Source: an uncultured candidate division Zixibacteria bacterium
GTDB lineage: Bacteria; Zixibacteria; MSB-5A5; GN15; FEB-12
Direction: 5' to 3'
DNA length: 64,000 bases
Assembly: GCA_963735035.1 (NCBI GenBank)
Contig: CAVTJJ010000004.1
Coordinates: 288,001-352,000 of the forward strand
The position numbers and the translations under genes are program-made. Under the pieces are notes generated by a model. That model did not search any database and was not told the origin of the DNA. It saw only the letters and a list, made by a program, of their open reading frames with translations. Positions 20,391 to 29,425 of the stretch are shown here, piece by piece; the first letter of the stretch is position 1, and every line of letters starts with the position of its first letter.

Positions 20391-21638
20391 CTACGCGCCG
20401 TACTTGTCGATGATCTCCTGCTTCGACTTGCCAAGGATGTCGTACTTCTTGCCGACCTTACGGAAAGCGTCGAGCGCTTTGTCGAGATGATGAATCTCGT
20501 GACCGGCGGAGATCTGCGTGCGGATACGCGCCTGGCCTTGCGGCACCACCGGGAAGAAGAAGCCGATCGCGTAGATGCCCTCGGCGAACAAATCGCGCGA
20601 GATATCCTGTGAGAGCTTGGCGTTGAACAACATCACCGGCACGATCGGGGTATCGCCCTCTTTCAGAACGAAGCCGGCCTCCTCGAGACCTTTCCGCCAA
20701 TAGGCGGTGTTCTTCTCGAGTTTGTCGCGTCGCTCGGTACTCTTGGACAGAATATCCAGCACCCGGATAACACCGGAAACCACTACCGGCGCAATAGTAT
20801 TCGAAAACAGGTATGGCCGCGCTCTCTGGCGGCACATCTCGACCAGTTCGCGGCGTCCTGACACGCAGCCGCCCGACGCTCCACCAAGCGCCTTGCCGAA
20901 AGTAGTCGTGATGACATCGATCTTGCCCACCACGCCGTATTTCTCGTGCGTGCCGCGGCCGGTCTTGCCGATGAATCCACTGGAGTGGGAATCGTCTACA
21001 AACAGCATGGCGTCGTACTTATCACACAGTTCCACCATCTTGTCCAACTGCGCCGTGTCGCCGTCCATCGAGAACACGCCGTCAGTGATAACCATGCGGA
21101 CTCTGCGTCCGGCGTGAAGCTGCAATTTCTCTTCGAGATGCTCCATGTTGGCATGTTTGAACGTATCCTGCTCGGCGCTGCACAACCGCATGCCGTCGAT
21201 AATCGACGCATGCACGAGCCGGTCGGCGATCATCATGTCGTCTTTGGTGAGAACGGCCTCGAAGATACCGGCGTTGGCGTCCATGCATGACGGGAACAGA
21301 ATTGTGTCTTCGGTGCCGAGGAAAGCGGTTACTTTGCGTTCCAACTCACGATGTATATCCTGCGTGCCGCAGATAAAGCGTACCGATGACATGCCGTAGC
21401 CACGGCTGTCGAGGCCTTCGTGCGCTGCTTTGAGTACCTCGGGATGGCTGGACATGCCGAGATAGTTGTTGGCGCACATGTTGATTACTTTCTTCGGCGC
21501 GGCGCCGGTCGGAAATTCGACTTCGATATCCGCCGCCTGCGACGAATGTATGTACCGTTCCTGTTTGAACAGGCCGGCGTCCTGAATCCCCTTAAGTTGA
21601 TCTTGATAAATTGTGCGAACCTTATCGCTGTAGCCCAT
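20391..21638 (-). CDS. kbl: 2-amino-3-ketobutyrate CoA ligase (glycine C-acetyltransferase)
   Basis: CANNYLG, MSSVRFICGTQ, DGVFSMDG, TFGKALGG PLP lysine, RQRARPYLFSN, ARIRTQ. Confidence 0.92.
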   Translation of the reverse strand: MGYSDKVRTIYQDQLKGIQDAGLFKQERYIHSSQAADIEVEFPTGAAPKKVINMCANNYLGMSSHPEVLKAAHEGLDSRGYGMSSVRFICGTQDIHRELERKVTAFLGTEDTILFPSCMDANAGIFEAVLTKDDMMIADRLVHASIIDGMRLCSAEQDTFKHANMEHLEEKLQLHAGRRVRMVITDGVFSMDGDTAQLDKMVELCDKYDAMLFVDDSHSSGFIGKTGRGTHEKYGVVGKIDVITTTFGKALGGASGGCVSGRRELVEMCRQRARPYLFSNTIAPVVVSGVIRVLDILSKSTERRDKLEKNTAYWRKGLEEAGFVLKEGDTPIVPVMLFNAKLSQDISRDLFAEGIYAIGFFFPVVPQGQARIRTQISAGHEIHHLDKALDAFRKVGKKYDILGKSKQEIIDKYGA

Positions 21639-21710
21639 ATTCGACTCCTAGGTTAGCTGCCACATCGCGAACCGGCCGAATCTTACCCGGCCGGTTAATC
21701 ACACCCGACG

Positions 21711-21956
21711 CTACTTGAGGAATTGCCGGACCAGCGCCACGATTTTGTTGACCGAATCAAATGCTTCGGGGGTGGCCTTCTCATCCGGAATGCTGATCTT
21801 GTACTTGTTCTCGAGGAACCGCTTCAGCGAAACCATGGAAAAAGAATCGACGATACCACCCGAGATCAGGGCCGTGTCGCAATCGATTTCTTCTTCTTCA
21901 TCCTCGAGATATTCGTTCTTTACATATTTCAGAACGGCTTGTTGCATTTCATCCAT
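21711..21956 (-). CDS. Acyl carrier protein
   Basis: 81 aa, acidic, GIVDSFSMV Ser motif. Confidence 0.9.
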   Translation of the reverse strand: MDEMQQAVLKYVKNEYLEDEEEEIDCDTALISGGIVDSFSMVSLKRFLENKYKISIPDEKATPEAFDSVNKIVALVRQFLK

Positions 21957-21982
21957 CGATACACCTGCTTCTATATTTGACG

Positions 21983-23686
21983 TTAATCATTTTCCAGTGT
22001 GGAAGTGTCGCCGATTTCCTCGCCCCATTCCTTGGCTCGCAACACTCGGCGCATGATCTTGCCGGAGCGGGTCTTGGGGAGCGACGGTACGTATTCAATC
22101 TCCTGCGGCATAGCCAGCGGGGAGAGTCTCTTGCGAATGAAGTTCATGATATCCAGTTCAAGATCGACACTCGCCTCAAAACCGGGCTTAAGTGTCACGA
22201 ACGCCTTCACCACTTCCATGTTGACTTCGTCCGGCTTGGCCACGACTGCCGATTCCGCCACTGACGGGTGTTCCAGCAGCGCCGATTCGACTTCGAACGG
22301 GCTGACCAGATGTCCGGCGGTGTTGATGATATCGTCATCGCGACCTGCGAACCAGAAGTAACCATCGGCGTCGATACTCGACCGGTCACCCGGCATGTAC
22401 CAGCCGTTCTTGAATTTAGCTTTGTAGGTAGCCTCGTTATTGCGATAGCCGCGCATCATCGCCGGCCATCCAGGTTGAAAGGCAATAAGGCCGATCCGCC
22501 CGGGATCAGTAATAGGTTCGTAGGTCTTGAGATCGAGCACGGTTGCCCCGATGCCGGGGAAGGCGCGCCCCATCGAACCCGGTTTCACTTTCATGCCGGG
22601 GAAATTCGTGATCATCATCGAGCCGGTCTCGGTCTGCCAATACGTATCATGGAACGGTAGGCCGAAGACACGCAGGGACCAATGCACCGCCTCGGCGTTG
22701 AGCGGCTCGCCCACACTGCATAGGTGGCGAAGTGATTTCATGTCGAACTTCTTGACGATCTCGTCACCGGCCTTCATCAAAGACCGGATTGCGGTCGGAG
22801 CCGAATACCAGACCGTCACACGATGCTTCTCAATGAATCGGTACCAGTTCTCCGCCGAGAATCCTACATCCTGCACGCATTGAGTGACGCCCATGGTGAA
22901 GGGTGCGATAATGCCGTACGATGTGCCCGTGACCCAGCCCGGATCGGCGGTGCACCAGTAGACGTCGTCGTCCTTCAGGTCAAGCACCCACTTCGCGGTC
23001 AGGAACTGTGATATGAGCGAGTAGTGTACGTGCTGTACGCCTTTCGGCTTACCGGTAGTGCCGGAGGTGTAGTGAATCACCGAGGGCGACTCGGCTTTGG
23101 TCGGATAGGCCGGGAAATTCTCAACCGGTTTGGCATCGGCGAGTGAGAAAGCAATCTCGCGATCTTTCAACTCTCTCTTGCCGTCGTGATCGACAATGAT
23201 GATGTGCTTGAGGAACGGCATTTGATCGAGAATGCGGCGCACTTTGCCGACATGCTTGCGCTGAGTCAATATGGCAGTTGCCTGAGCGTCTTCAAGGCGC
23301 ACGAAGAGCGAATCTTCACCGAAAGCCGAGAACAGCGGCTGTGCGACGGCGCCCATCTTCAGAATGCCGACAAAGCCCAGATACAGTTCCGGAATGCGGT
23401 CCATAAAAAGACAGACACGATCGCCCGGCTGGATGCCCAGATCGCGCAGATAGGCGGCGATAGTGTTGGTAGTGAGGCGAACATCGTTGTAAGTGTACCG
23501 CTTCTCTTCGGCGCCGGTACCTTCCCAGATAAGCGCCGGTTTGTCGGCTTTGCCCATCTGACAGACACGATCAGAGCAGTACCAGCCGATGTTGATGACA
23601 TCGCCCGCTTTGTAACCGAGTTCCTTTTCAGCGATATCCCAACTGAAATTGCGAGCCCGGTCTTCGTAGTTGCCAAAATTATTCAT
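21983..23686 (-). CDS. acsA: Acetate--CoA ligase-like enzyme (short AcsA type)
   Basis: YTSGTTGKPKG, WCTADPGWVTG, VGEPLN, DTYWQTETG, PKTRSGKIMRR. Confidence 0.88.
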   Translation of the reverse strand: MNNFGNYEDRARNFSWDIAEKELGYKAGDVINIGWYCSDRVCQMGKADKPALIWEGTGAEEKRYTYNDVRLTTNTIAAYLRDLGIQPGDRVCLFMDRIPELYLGFVGILKMGAVAQPLFSAFGEDSLFVRLEDAQATAILTQRKHVGKVRRILDQMPFLKHIIIVDHDGKRELKDREIAFSLADAKPVENFPAYPTKAESPSVIHYTSGTTGKPKGVQHVHYSLISQFLTAKWVLDLKDDDVYWCTADPGWVTGTSYGIIAPFTMGVTQCVQDVGFSAENWYRFIEKHRVTVWYSAPTAIRSLMKAGDEIVKKFDMKSLRHLCSVGEPLNAEAVHWSLRVFGLPFHDTYWQTETGSMMITNFPGMKVKPGSMGRAFPGIGATVLDLKTYEPITDPGRIGLIAFQPGWPAMMRGYRNNEATYKAKFKNGWYMPGDRSSIDADGYFWFAGRDDDIINTAGHLVSPFEVESALLEHPSVAESAVVAKPDEVNMEVVKAFVTLKPGFEASVDLELDIMNFIRKRLSPLAMPQEIEYVPSLPKTRSGKIMRRVLRAKEWGEEIGDTSTLEND

Positions 23687-23689
23687 CAG

Positions 23690-24070
23690 TTACTCTATTC
23701 CTTCAGGTTGCAGGGCAACCACGGCACAAGCGTATTGATCGGTGAATGACGACGAGACCAGATAACGGTCACTATCGACGCCACCTATCAGTTCGCTCAT
23801 TCGACCGCTCAGTCGAAGCCGGGTCGCACCTGAACGATTCATGACTTCTATATCTCTAAATCTGAGCCCTTCATGCAAACCAATTCCAGCCGCTTTTAGA
23901 AGAGCTTCCTTGACGGCCAGGATAGCGGCGAGGCGGGCATATCCTCGGCGCTTTGTCCGATACTCCGCCAGCTCACTATCGGTGAATATTCCCTCAAGGG
24001 TGCCGTCGGCGCGGTCAACCGCGCTTCTAATCCGGTCTACCGTGACTATGTCTATACCGAATGCTTGCAT
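23690..24070 (-). CDS. acpS: Holo-ACP synthase (AcpS-type phosphopantetheinyl transferase)
   Basis: GIDIVTVDRI, IFTDSE, AVKEALLKA motifs. Confidence 0.85.
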   Translation of the reverse strand: MQAFGIDIVTVDRIRSAVDRADGTLEGIFTDSELAEYRTKRRGYARLAAILAVKEALLKAAGIGLHEGLRFRDIEVMNRSGATRLRLSGRMSELIGGVDSDRYLVSSSFTDQYACAVVALQPEGIE

Positions 24071-24096
24071 GTCGTGGCGCTCCGTGATAACCGGCC

Positions 24097-25074
24097 TTAG
24101 CCGATCTTGCTCACCGTGGGCCCTACCCGGAGCTTGCGCGACAACACGTCGATCATGTCGCTGGTCATCCTGGCGAGATCGTACTCAGGTTTCCAGCCCC
24201 ACTCCTTGCGGGCGCAGCTATCATCCATTGAGTTCGGCCACGAATCAGCAATCGCCTGTCGCACCGGATCGACGTTGTAGTCGATCGTGAATTCTGGAAT
24301 ATGCTTGCGGATTTCATCGGCGAGAATCTTTGGGGTGAAGCTCATTGCTGTAACGTTGAACGAATTCCGATGTATCAGCTTCGTGCCATCAGCCTCCATC
24401 AGGTCGATCATGGCGCGAATGGCATCAGGCATGTACATCATATCGAGCCAGGTGTCGGGTCTGAGATAGCAGGTGTATTTCTTACTCTTGATAGCCTGAT
24501 AGAAGATGTCCACAGCGTAATCGGTGGTGCCGCCACCCGGTTCGGTTTCATACGAGATCAATCCGGGGAAGCGAACGCCCCGGGTATCGAGTCCGAACCG
24601 TTTGTGGTAATAGTCACACAGTAGTTCGCCGGCCACTTTGGTGACGCCGTAGATTGTGTCGGGCCGCTGTATTGTATCCTGAGGGGTCTTGTCCTGTGGA
24701 GTCGACTTTCCAAACGCGCCTATTGAGCTAGGAAAGAACAGCGAACACTTATGCTGCTGTGCCGCTTCGAGAAAATTGAACAGGCCGTTCATGTTGACCT
24801 GCCAGGCGGTGCCGGGGCGGGACTCGCCGGTGGCGGACAGGATCGCTCCCAGATGATAGATCGTATCGATATCATGAACCTGCATCACACGGGAGATATG
24901 ATGCGGCAGGGTGACGTCCAGAAATTCAAACGGGCCGGCATCGCGCAGCCGTACGTCGGTGGGCATGCGGATGTCGGTCGCGACTACTTTGTCATCACCA
25001 TATTTCTGTCTGAGTGCGGCGGTCAGTTCGGATCCGATCTGACCGAGAGCGCCGGTAACCAGAATCTGCTTCAT
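24097..25074 (-). CDS. tdh: SDR-type L-threonine 3-dehydrogenase
   Basis: TGALGQIG, LSATGE, PSSIGAFG, YGVTK, PGGGTTDYAV, LDMMYMPDA; start reassigned to ATG 25074. Confidence 0.88.
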   Translation of the reverse strand: MKQILVTGALGQIGSELTAALRQKYGDDKVVATDIRMPTDVRLRDAGPFEFLDVTLPHHISRVMQVHDIDTIYHLGAILSATGESRPGTAWQVNMNGLFNFLEAAQQHKCSLFFPSSIGAFGKSTPQDKTPQDTIQRPDTIYGVTKVAGELLCDYYHKRFGLDTRGVRFPGLISYETEPGGGTTDYAVDIFYQAIKSKKYTCYLRPDTWLDMMYMPDAIRAMIDLMEADGTKLIHRNSFNVTAMSFTPKILADEIRKHIPEFTIDYNVDPVRQAIADSWPNSMDDSCARKEWGWKPEYDLARMTSDMIDVLSRKLRVGPTVSKIG

Positions 25075-25256
25075 CTCAAAGGACCTCAATAGCTTACTGT
25101 TGCGGGCGCGAATCTGAAATATTTCGCCGCCCAAGCCGTCCACGTTGCCGGCCAGCTCGCTGGAAAATAAGGAACGGGCAGGAAAAATCAAGCGAATCCG
25201 CGCTATCAGACGCGATTCCGCACCAACATCTGTCTATGGGGAAGATCCGCTTAATA

Positions 25257-25385
25257 GTCATTGCGAGCGGAGATGGCTCGCCGTCAGGCGTGGCATCGTA
25301 GCGCGGCAATCTCAATGTTGTTGCACCAGTATCATTTGAGATCGCCACGTCTCGCCCGCGAAGCGCGGCCGAGACTCGCGATGAC
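25257..25385 (+). repeat. RPE-like palindromic element
   Basis: Same core as 483-601 and 17341-17469. Confidence 0.9.
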
Positions 25386-25407
25386 GGGGAGTGAACTTCT
25401 ACAACAA

Positions 25408-26073
25408 TTAGTCCGGTGGTCGTATGGTAGCGATAGCGGCCAACAACTGTTCTTTGTTGGCGATAGATATCTTGCGTCCTCTGATTGGTAGATCAGGCAG
25501 ATCTCTGGCGTAGCGCCTTAGTTTGACCACTGGCATCGCTGCAAGCTGTTCCCACGTTGGCTGTTCGGAAGAGATCTCTGAAGTGTGGGCAGGAATGCGG
25601 ACGGGTGGAGTGGCGATTCGAATTGGCGCCTCTACTATCGCGGGTTCTTTGTGACTAACGGGAGCCGGTGCTTTTGGTTTGGTAGGCTTTCTGGCAGGCT
25701 TGGTTGGCGATGCGACACGAACCGCGGCGGCCTTCTCGGGAGCCGGCTTCTTGAGAATCGGGGCGGAAGACTCGTCGGGACTGTAGCGGTCGACAAAACG
25801 CGGATAAGGCATGATCGCACTGACTTCGTCGTCGGATTTTGGGATCACGTGCATCGACACCAGTTCGCCGGCGACATAGGCAGCGCGTGCTCCAGCTTCA
25901 ACTGCTCCCTGGACCGCCGACCATTCACCCTCAATCTTGACCGTCATGCGGCCGGACGCTCCCTGCTCCGCCGAGACAATCACTACCTCACCCAAATCCG
26001 ATGCGGCGCGGGTCGCCTTGATGGCGCCTTCAATGCCGCTTGTTTCTACTAGTCCTAACGCTGGTCGTGGCAT
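25408..26073 (-). CDS. Bacterial microcompartment shell (BMC-H) protein with Pro/Ala/Lys linker and C-terminal helical extension
   Basis: ALGLVET.G, VKIEGEWSAVQGAVEAG, ELVSMHVIP; C-terminal MPVVKLRRYAR..ISIANKEQLL; start reassigned to ATG 26073. Confidence 0.85.
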   Translation of the reverse strand: MPRPALGLVETSGIEGAIKATRAASDLGEVVIVSAEQGASGRMTVKIEGEWSAVQGAVEAGARAAYVAGELVSMHVIPKSDDEVSAIMPYPRFVDRYSPDESSAPILKKPAPEKAAAVRVASPTKPARKPTKPKAPAPVSHKEPAIVEAPIRIATPPVRIPAHTSEISSEQPTWEQLAAMPVVKLRRYARDLPDLPIRGRKISIANKEQLLAAIATIRPPD

Positions 26074-26139
26074 GATCCTGAACCTACAAAATGCCGTGCT
26101 CCGATTCAACCAATAAAGTGATCGACAACTTGTGGAACA

Positions 26140-26242
26140 TAAATGAGCGTCGCCCGTGCATCCCCTCGAGCACGGGCGACTGGGCACCAAGAAAAAGAGG
26201 ACCTACCGAGCGCCTTGTCAGCGCCAGGAGTAAGAATGACGC
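26140..26242 (-). ncRNA. Candidate sigma54-dependent sRNA (~100 nt), or structured leader of the BMC gene
   Basis: Starts at the predicted +1 of the sigma54 promoter; CU-rich stretches; 11-bp GC hairpin 26149-26159/26170-26180. Confidence 0.45.
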
Positions 26243-26252
26243 AACGGTATTT

Positions 26253-26268
26253 AGCAAGGGCTGTGCCA
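26253..26268 (-). promoter_or_regulatory. Sigma54 (-24/-12) promoter
   Basis: TGGCAC-AGCCC-TTGCT on the minus strand, exact consensus spacing. Confidence 0.85.
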
Positions 26269-26299
26269 TCGAGTTGGTCGCATTACGTATGGTATTGTG

Positions 26300-26372
26300 T
26301 TTCAACAAGTTGGGGCGTGTGACGGGTAGTATAGGATGGGTGTGGCCGGTTTTGGTTCGTATGAACATACGA
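26300..26372. promoter_or_regulatory. IHF-like site (26300-26312) and palindromic UAS candidate (26357-26372)
   Basis: TTTCAACAAGTTG (one mismatch to WATCAANNNNTTR); TCGTATG-AA-CATACGA about 115-130 bp upstream of the predicted +1. Confidence 0.55.
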
Positions 26373-26383
26373 CCGACGGACAT

Positions 26384-26424
26384 AAAAAAGGCGGTAAGTG
26401 CTTGACCGGGGGACACTTACCGCC
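26384..26424 (-). terminator. Rho-independent terminator of the peptide/EBP operon
   Basis: 11-bp stem GGCGGTAAGTG/CACTTACCGCC followed by T6 on the minus strand. Confidence 0.85.
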
Positions 26425-26487
26425 ACCAAGGAGTGTTCTTTATAATCGTACGGTGTCACGAGACAATTCTTGAGAATCGTCCTGTGA

Positions 26488-28761
26488 CTAGTTGGGCATG
26501 CCGCCCTCCGCGCTGATCCCGTACCGTTTCAGCTTGGTTCTCACGGTCGCTTCATGGACGCCGAGGATGCGAGCCGCCTCGCTCTTGTTACCGCCGGCCG
26601 CCAGAAGCGCTTCGGTAATCAACTGCCGCTCGAATTGTTCGACACGTTCAAACAGGCCACCGGCATTGTCGGCCGCGTGGTCGGGAGCCAGAATCGACCG
26701 GGCTACTTCGTGCCACTGACCTTCAGCCACCGACTGTGACATTATTGAAAGCCGATTGACGACATTGTCTAGCTCGCGAACGTTGCCGGGCCAATCATGA
26801 CCAACGAACTGCTGCACCAATTCCGGCGCCGGTTTCTGTCCCGGCTTGAGCAGCCCACGATGAATCATGAAGTGCTCCAGCAGCAGAGGGATGTCTTCCT
26901 TGCGCGAGCGCAGTGACGGAAGATGCAGGGTGATCCCGCTCAGTCGGTAGTAGAGGTCCCGACGGAACGTGCCCTGTTCCACCATCGCTTCGAGATCGCG
27001 GTTGGTGGCCGCCACCACGATGATATCAATCTCGACCTGCTTGGTGCTTCCCAGCGGTGTTACGCGCCGTGATTCCAGTACGCCGAGCAGTTTCGCCTGG
27101 AGCGACAACGGCATTTCGCCGATCTCGTCGAACAAGAAAACGCCGCCGTTAGCCGATTCGAGCAGACCTTTCTTATTGTGGTCCGCTCCGGTGAAGGCGC
27201 CTCTGTGGTAACCGAACAGTTCCGATTCGAGCAGCGTCTCGGGCACCGAGGCGCAGTTGATCGCCACGTACGGTCCACTGGGTCGAACCTGCGAGTGATA
27301 GTACCTCGCCAGGTGATCCTTGCCGACACCCGTCTCGCCCGTAATAAGCACCGGCAAATCGGAGCGATTCAAGAGCGGCAGTTGCTTCTTGATTCGCTCG
27401 ATAATCGGAGACTGAGTGAGATATTCATGCTCGCCGGGGGTCGGAGAGGATTCGTGCGTCTGCTGTGTGACCTTAGCCAGACGGCCGATTTCGTTGGCCA
27501 GCCGGCTGACCTCGTCCTGTTTCGACTTGATCCGACACCGGGAGTAGAATTCTTCGGCCCTGAACAGATAAGTCAGGCGTTGTTGGTCGGAGAACGCTTC
27601 GGAGGCTCCGGCCGCAATCAACGCTTCGGCCTTGGCCCATCGAACACCCGATTCGGCCAGAATGTCGATAGCCTTCTGGAACAACTGACGGGCTTCAACC
27701 GCCTGTCGTTCACTCACCGGACGGGCTTCACCCATAGCCACCTGAGCCATGATCTTCTTGAGCGCGCCGAGTTCGAGTTTCTCGTCGGAGCGTTCCATGA
27801 TAACCGTGGCTCGCGCCGCCATCTTCTGAGCTTGACGATAGTCGCCGGTGCGCACGGCCAGTTCGGCCAGATGACGCATTACCCGGCCGGACAGCGAGGT
27901 GCCTGAACCAAGAAGTTCCGCTTTCTCGAAAGCGCGTCTCAGGGTCAGGGCCGACTGCGCGAAGTCGGCAATGCGATAGTTCAGCTCACCCAGATAAGTC
28001 AGGTAACTGACTTCATCACGCGGCGAGTTGACCACCGTGAGCAAAACGCCGGCCTGGTTGAATTCCGCCTCGGCCTTGTCATACTCTGCCTGCTGCAGGT
28101 AGACGTATCCGAGAGATAGATGGGCGCGAAGCGTATTGAGATCGTCACCCAGTTCACCGGACATCTGGATATTGATCCGGAGATGTTTCTCCGCTTCAAT
28201 GAAATCACCCATGAACATATATATGCGGCCGATGTTGCCCATCATGAAAGCCAGCTTGCGCGGGTTATCGAGCCGTCGGGCGATTTCGACCGCATCCATC
28301 AGCACCGCCAGAGCGTTACGGTAGTCGGTCTGTCGGAGATACAGTCCGGCCAGACGATTCAGTGCCCGGCTCTGACCTTCGGGACAATCATATCTTCTGA
28401 AAATCGATTCCGCGTCGCGGTACGCCTTCTGTGCTTCAACAAGTTCACCCCTGTCTCGCAGGATACCTCCCAGGGTAACGAAGACCTCGGCCAGCATCAA
28501 CGAGTCGCCGGCGCGGGTAACGATAGCCTGGGCAGTCCGTGCCACCTTCAAGGCAGCTGTCAGATTGGTGAGGGAAGCATAAGCCCGAGCCGCCAGATGC
28601 AGGATTTCTCCTACTTCGGCTGCTCCGGCTTCAGTGTCTATCTGGCTCTGTTGAGCCTCATAGCACTGCACGGCGCCGACAAAGTCTTGCCTGGCCAGCA
28701 TCGCCCGCATGTGGGCGGCCGCCGAAACGCAGAACGTCTTGTCTACGTCGTGTTGGCTCAT
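26488..28761 (-). CDS. Sigma54-dependent enhancer-binding protein with N-terminal TPR array and Fis-type HTH
   Basis: About 430 aa of TPR-like helices, GETGVGKD, ESELFG..GAFTGA, FDEIGE, FRRDLYYRL, WPGNVREL, GNKSEAARILG. Confidence 0.95.
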   Translation of the reverse strand: MSQHDVDKTFCVSAAAHMRAMLARQDFVGAVQCYEAQQSQIDTEAGAAEVGEILHLAARAYASLTNLTAALKVARTAQAIVTRAGDSLMLAEVFVTLGGILRDRGELVEAQKAYRDAESIFRRYDCPEGQSRALNRLAGLYLRQTDYRNALAVLMDAVEIARRLDNPRKLAFMMGNIGRIYMFMGDFIEAEKHLRINIQMSGELGDDLNTLRAHLSLGYVYLQQAEYDKAEAEFNQAGVLLTVVNSPRDEVSYLTYLGELNYRIADFAQSALTLRRAFEKAELLGSGTSLSGRVMRHLAELAVRTGDYRQAQKMAARATVIMERSDEKLELGALKKIMAQVAMGEARPVSERQAVEARQLFQKAIDILAESGVRWAKAEALIAAGASEAFSDQQRLTYLFRAEEFYSRCRIKSKQDEVSRLANEIGRLAKVTQQTHESSPTPGEHEYLTQSPIIERIKKQLPLLNRSDLPVLITGETGVGKDHLARYYHSQVRPSGPYVAINCASVPETLLESELFGYHRGAFTGADHNKKGLLESANGGVFLFDEIGEMPLSLQAKLLGVLESRRVTPLGSTKQVEIDIIVVAATNRDLEAMVEQGTFRRDLYYRLSGITLHLPSLRSRKEDIPLLLEHFMIHRGLLKPGQKPAPELVQQFVGHDWPGNVRELDNVVNRLSIMSQSVAEGQWHEVARSILAPDHAADNAGGLFERVEQFERQLITEALLAAGGNKSEAARILGVHEATVRTKLKRYGISAEGGMPN

Positions 28762-29123
28762 TACTTCTCCCTTCTAAGAGGCAGGAAATGCTTCCGGCTC
28801 GAGATAACCGCGGATGAACTCTTGTCCGCCACGTCGGTATTTGACAAAGTCGCCGATTGAGGTGTGCGCGCCGGACTGATCAAAGTGGCGATAAGCACAT
28901 CAATTATTGGGATTCCGGTCAGAACCGTGACTCTGAAAGTCTTGGTGCCGCCGCCGCCGATGACTTCGTCATCGCCCCAGGGATGATCGCCATCCACGAC
29001 CGTACCGCCGCCGGTGCCGGGTTGGTCTAAGCCCTCGCCCCGCATGATGCCTGCATTGAGAGGCATAGCTGAGGCGACTACTAGTACCAGTATCAGGACC
29101 AGTACCGAGTAAACGTGTTTCAT
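28761..29123 (-). CDS. Small secreted protein with DHPWGDDE motif (candidate signalling-peptide precursor)
   Basis: AAGGAG RBS, Sec signal peptide, Gly-flanked DHPWGDDE, TAATG overlap with the EBP start. Confidence 0.75.
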   Translation of the reverse strand: MKHVYSVLVLILVLVVASAMPLNAGIMRGEGLDQPGTGGGTVVDGDHPWGDDEVIGGGGTKTFRVTVLTGIPIIDVLIATLISPARTPQSATLSNTDVADKSSSAVISSRKHFLPLRREK

Positions 29124-29241
29124 GACACACTCCTTGGTATGAGTAGTTAGTGTAACTTTTTCTTCAAGTCGTCCGCCGAATGCAGTCAGTCACTGGTGGC
29201 GGCCGTGAGGGGATGGGTAAAACGTCATTCCGGTCACACTT

Positions 29242-29270
29242 AGGATAGCTTATTGCAAAGCGCTTGTCAA
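29242..29270 (-). promoter_or_regulatory. Sigma70 promoter for the peptide/EBP operon
   Basis: TTGACA-N17-TATCCT on the minus strand. Confidence 0.7.
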
Positions 29271-29425
29271 TCAAAATGTTAAGGCTCGGAAGTTTGTTGT
29301 TAGCGGATGCCGTGCGCCGAAAATAGCAAGTCGCAGGATATCGGTGATCAGCGCTACGATTATATATCCTTAGAACAGATCAAAGTAGAACCCTTTGTAG
29401 ATGTTCAAAGAGTTCATACCGGAAA

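Noticed and set aside
29255..29269. Sigma54-like site TGACAA-N5-TTGC upstream of the peptide gene
   Set aside because: Lacks the invariant GG at -24; better explained as a sigma70 promoter
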